A program made the translations under genes and the position numbers. DNA of 25,081 bases, taken from assembly GCF_003231495.1 (NCBI RefSeq), contig NZ_PQWO01000038.1:1-25081 (forward strand). Direction: 5' to 3'. Under the pieces are notes generated by a model that was not told the DNA's origin, searched no databases, and was given only the letters and a program-made list of their open reading frames with translations. Origin of the DNA: Acaryochloris thomasi RCC1774 (GTDB lineage: Bacteria > Cyanobacteriota > Cyanobacteriia > Thermosynechococcales > Thermosynechococcaceae). Of this stretch, positions 24,780-25,081 are shown piece after piece. Within the stretch, counting starts at the first letter, position 1; every line of letters starts with the position of its first letter.

Positions 24780-24980
24780 TTAGGCGAGTAAAACTTGGCG
24801 AACCTGCTGGGCAATCACTGGCCAGCTATAGTGCTCGGTGGCAAATTGACGGCAGGCATCTCTAGAGGGGAGCGGCTGAGGATTTGTGAGATGGGTCTGG
24901 AGACGGGATGCGATCGCATCCACACCCACCGCATCTGTCACCAGCTCCGGGCTGGGTAGTCCGCCAGATGTAAGGATAGA
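24780..24980 (-). pseudogene. 3' remnant (last ~66 codons) of a second GT-B glycosyltransferase gene, cut by the IS1-family element.
   Basis: The minus-strand frame reads ...SGGLPSPELVTDAVGVDAIASRLQTHLTNPQPLPSRDACRQFATEHYSWPVIAQQVRQVLLA* (stop complement at 24780-24782). This is the typical GT1/GT4 C-terminal tail (ar..a.e.fSW..ia.q). The frame hits a stop at 24987-24989 inside the presumed IS end, and no N-terminal domain is present in the window. Confidence 0.6.
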
Positions 24981-25081
24981 GGTAGCTCAATCGTTCATGC
25001 TCAACAATGTCACCCCTAATCTGTCCTAGCTGCGGGTCTCAAAAGGTCGTCAAAAACGGTCGCATCCATAACGGCAAGCAA
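24981..25081 (+). mobile_element. Left end of an IS1-family insertion sequence, with the first 25 codons of its Zn-finger (InsA-like) transposase ORF (25007..25081, partial).
   Basis: ATG 25007 is followed by MSPLICPSCGSQKVVKNGRIHNGKQ, the CPxC...KNGxxxxGKQ N-terminal motif of IS1-family transposases. The sequence from 24981 starts GGTAGC..., and IS1-family inverted repeats begin with GGT. The exact boundary is uncertain. Confidence 0.7.

Noticed and set aside
1-25081. The whole window could be a composite transposon, because both ends lie in IS elements.
   Set aside because: The two elements belong to different families (IS5-like and IS1-like), so they cannot cooperate as a composite transposon. 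The interior contains core genes (glgC, trmB, tRNA).

Overview
Chromosomal segment from a cyanobacterium. I counted at least 14 copies of the HIP1 octamer GCGATCGC. All calls come from reading the sequence and ORF track and from family motifs recalled from memory; no searches were run.

Both window edges lie inside insertion sequences of different families, and each IS interrupts a host gene:
- Left edge: the 3' end of an IS5-family transposase abuts a 5'-truncated SDR gene.
- Right edge: an IS1-family element (Zn-finger transposase N-terminus) abuts a glycosyltransferase reduced to its last ~66 codons.

Contents from left to right:
1. An AT-rich, gene-poor stretch holding an orphan tail fragment of a haemagglutinin-type exoprotein.
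2. A UPF0718 permease plus a TIGR03943 membrane protein.
3. A mirror-symmetric divergon: SDR then membrane-anchored beta-propeller protein on the minus strand, and SAM methyltransferase then a paralog of that propeller protein on the plus strand.
4. A YefM/YoeB toxin-antitoxin module with TGTACA-type operator boxes.
5. tRNA-Arg(UCG) with its own terminator, then trmB.
6. An exported TPR-CHAT protease-like protein whose TPR array is a near-identical 126-bp tandem DNA repeat.
7. glgC.
8. A 1362-aa protein with two complementary class III cyclase domains, a STAND P-loop NTPase and TPR-like repeats, which is the architecture of metazoan soluble adenylyl cyclase.
9. A PPOX-type flavoprotein.
10. 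A sulfated-glycan locus: NTP_transf_5-like protein, an AT-rich sulfotransferase, a secreted lyase-like/ricin-lectin protein and GT4 glycosyltransferases.

The strongest candidates for new biology are the sAC-like cyclase-STAND protein, the mirror paralog divergon, the exported TPR-CHAT protein, and two orphan terminator hairpins (possible sRNA) between the sulfotransferase and lyase genes.
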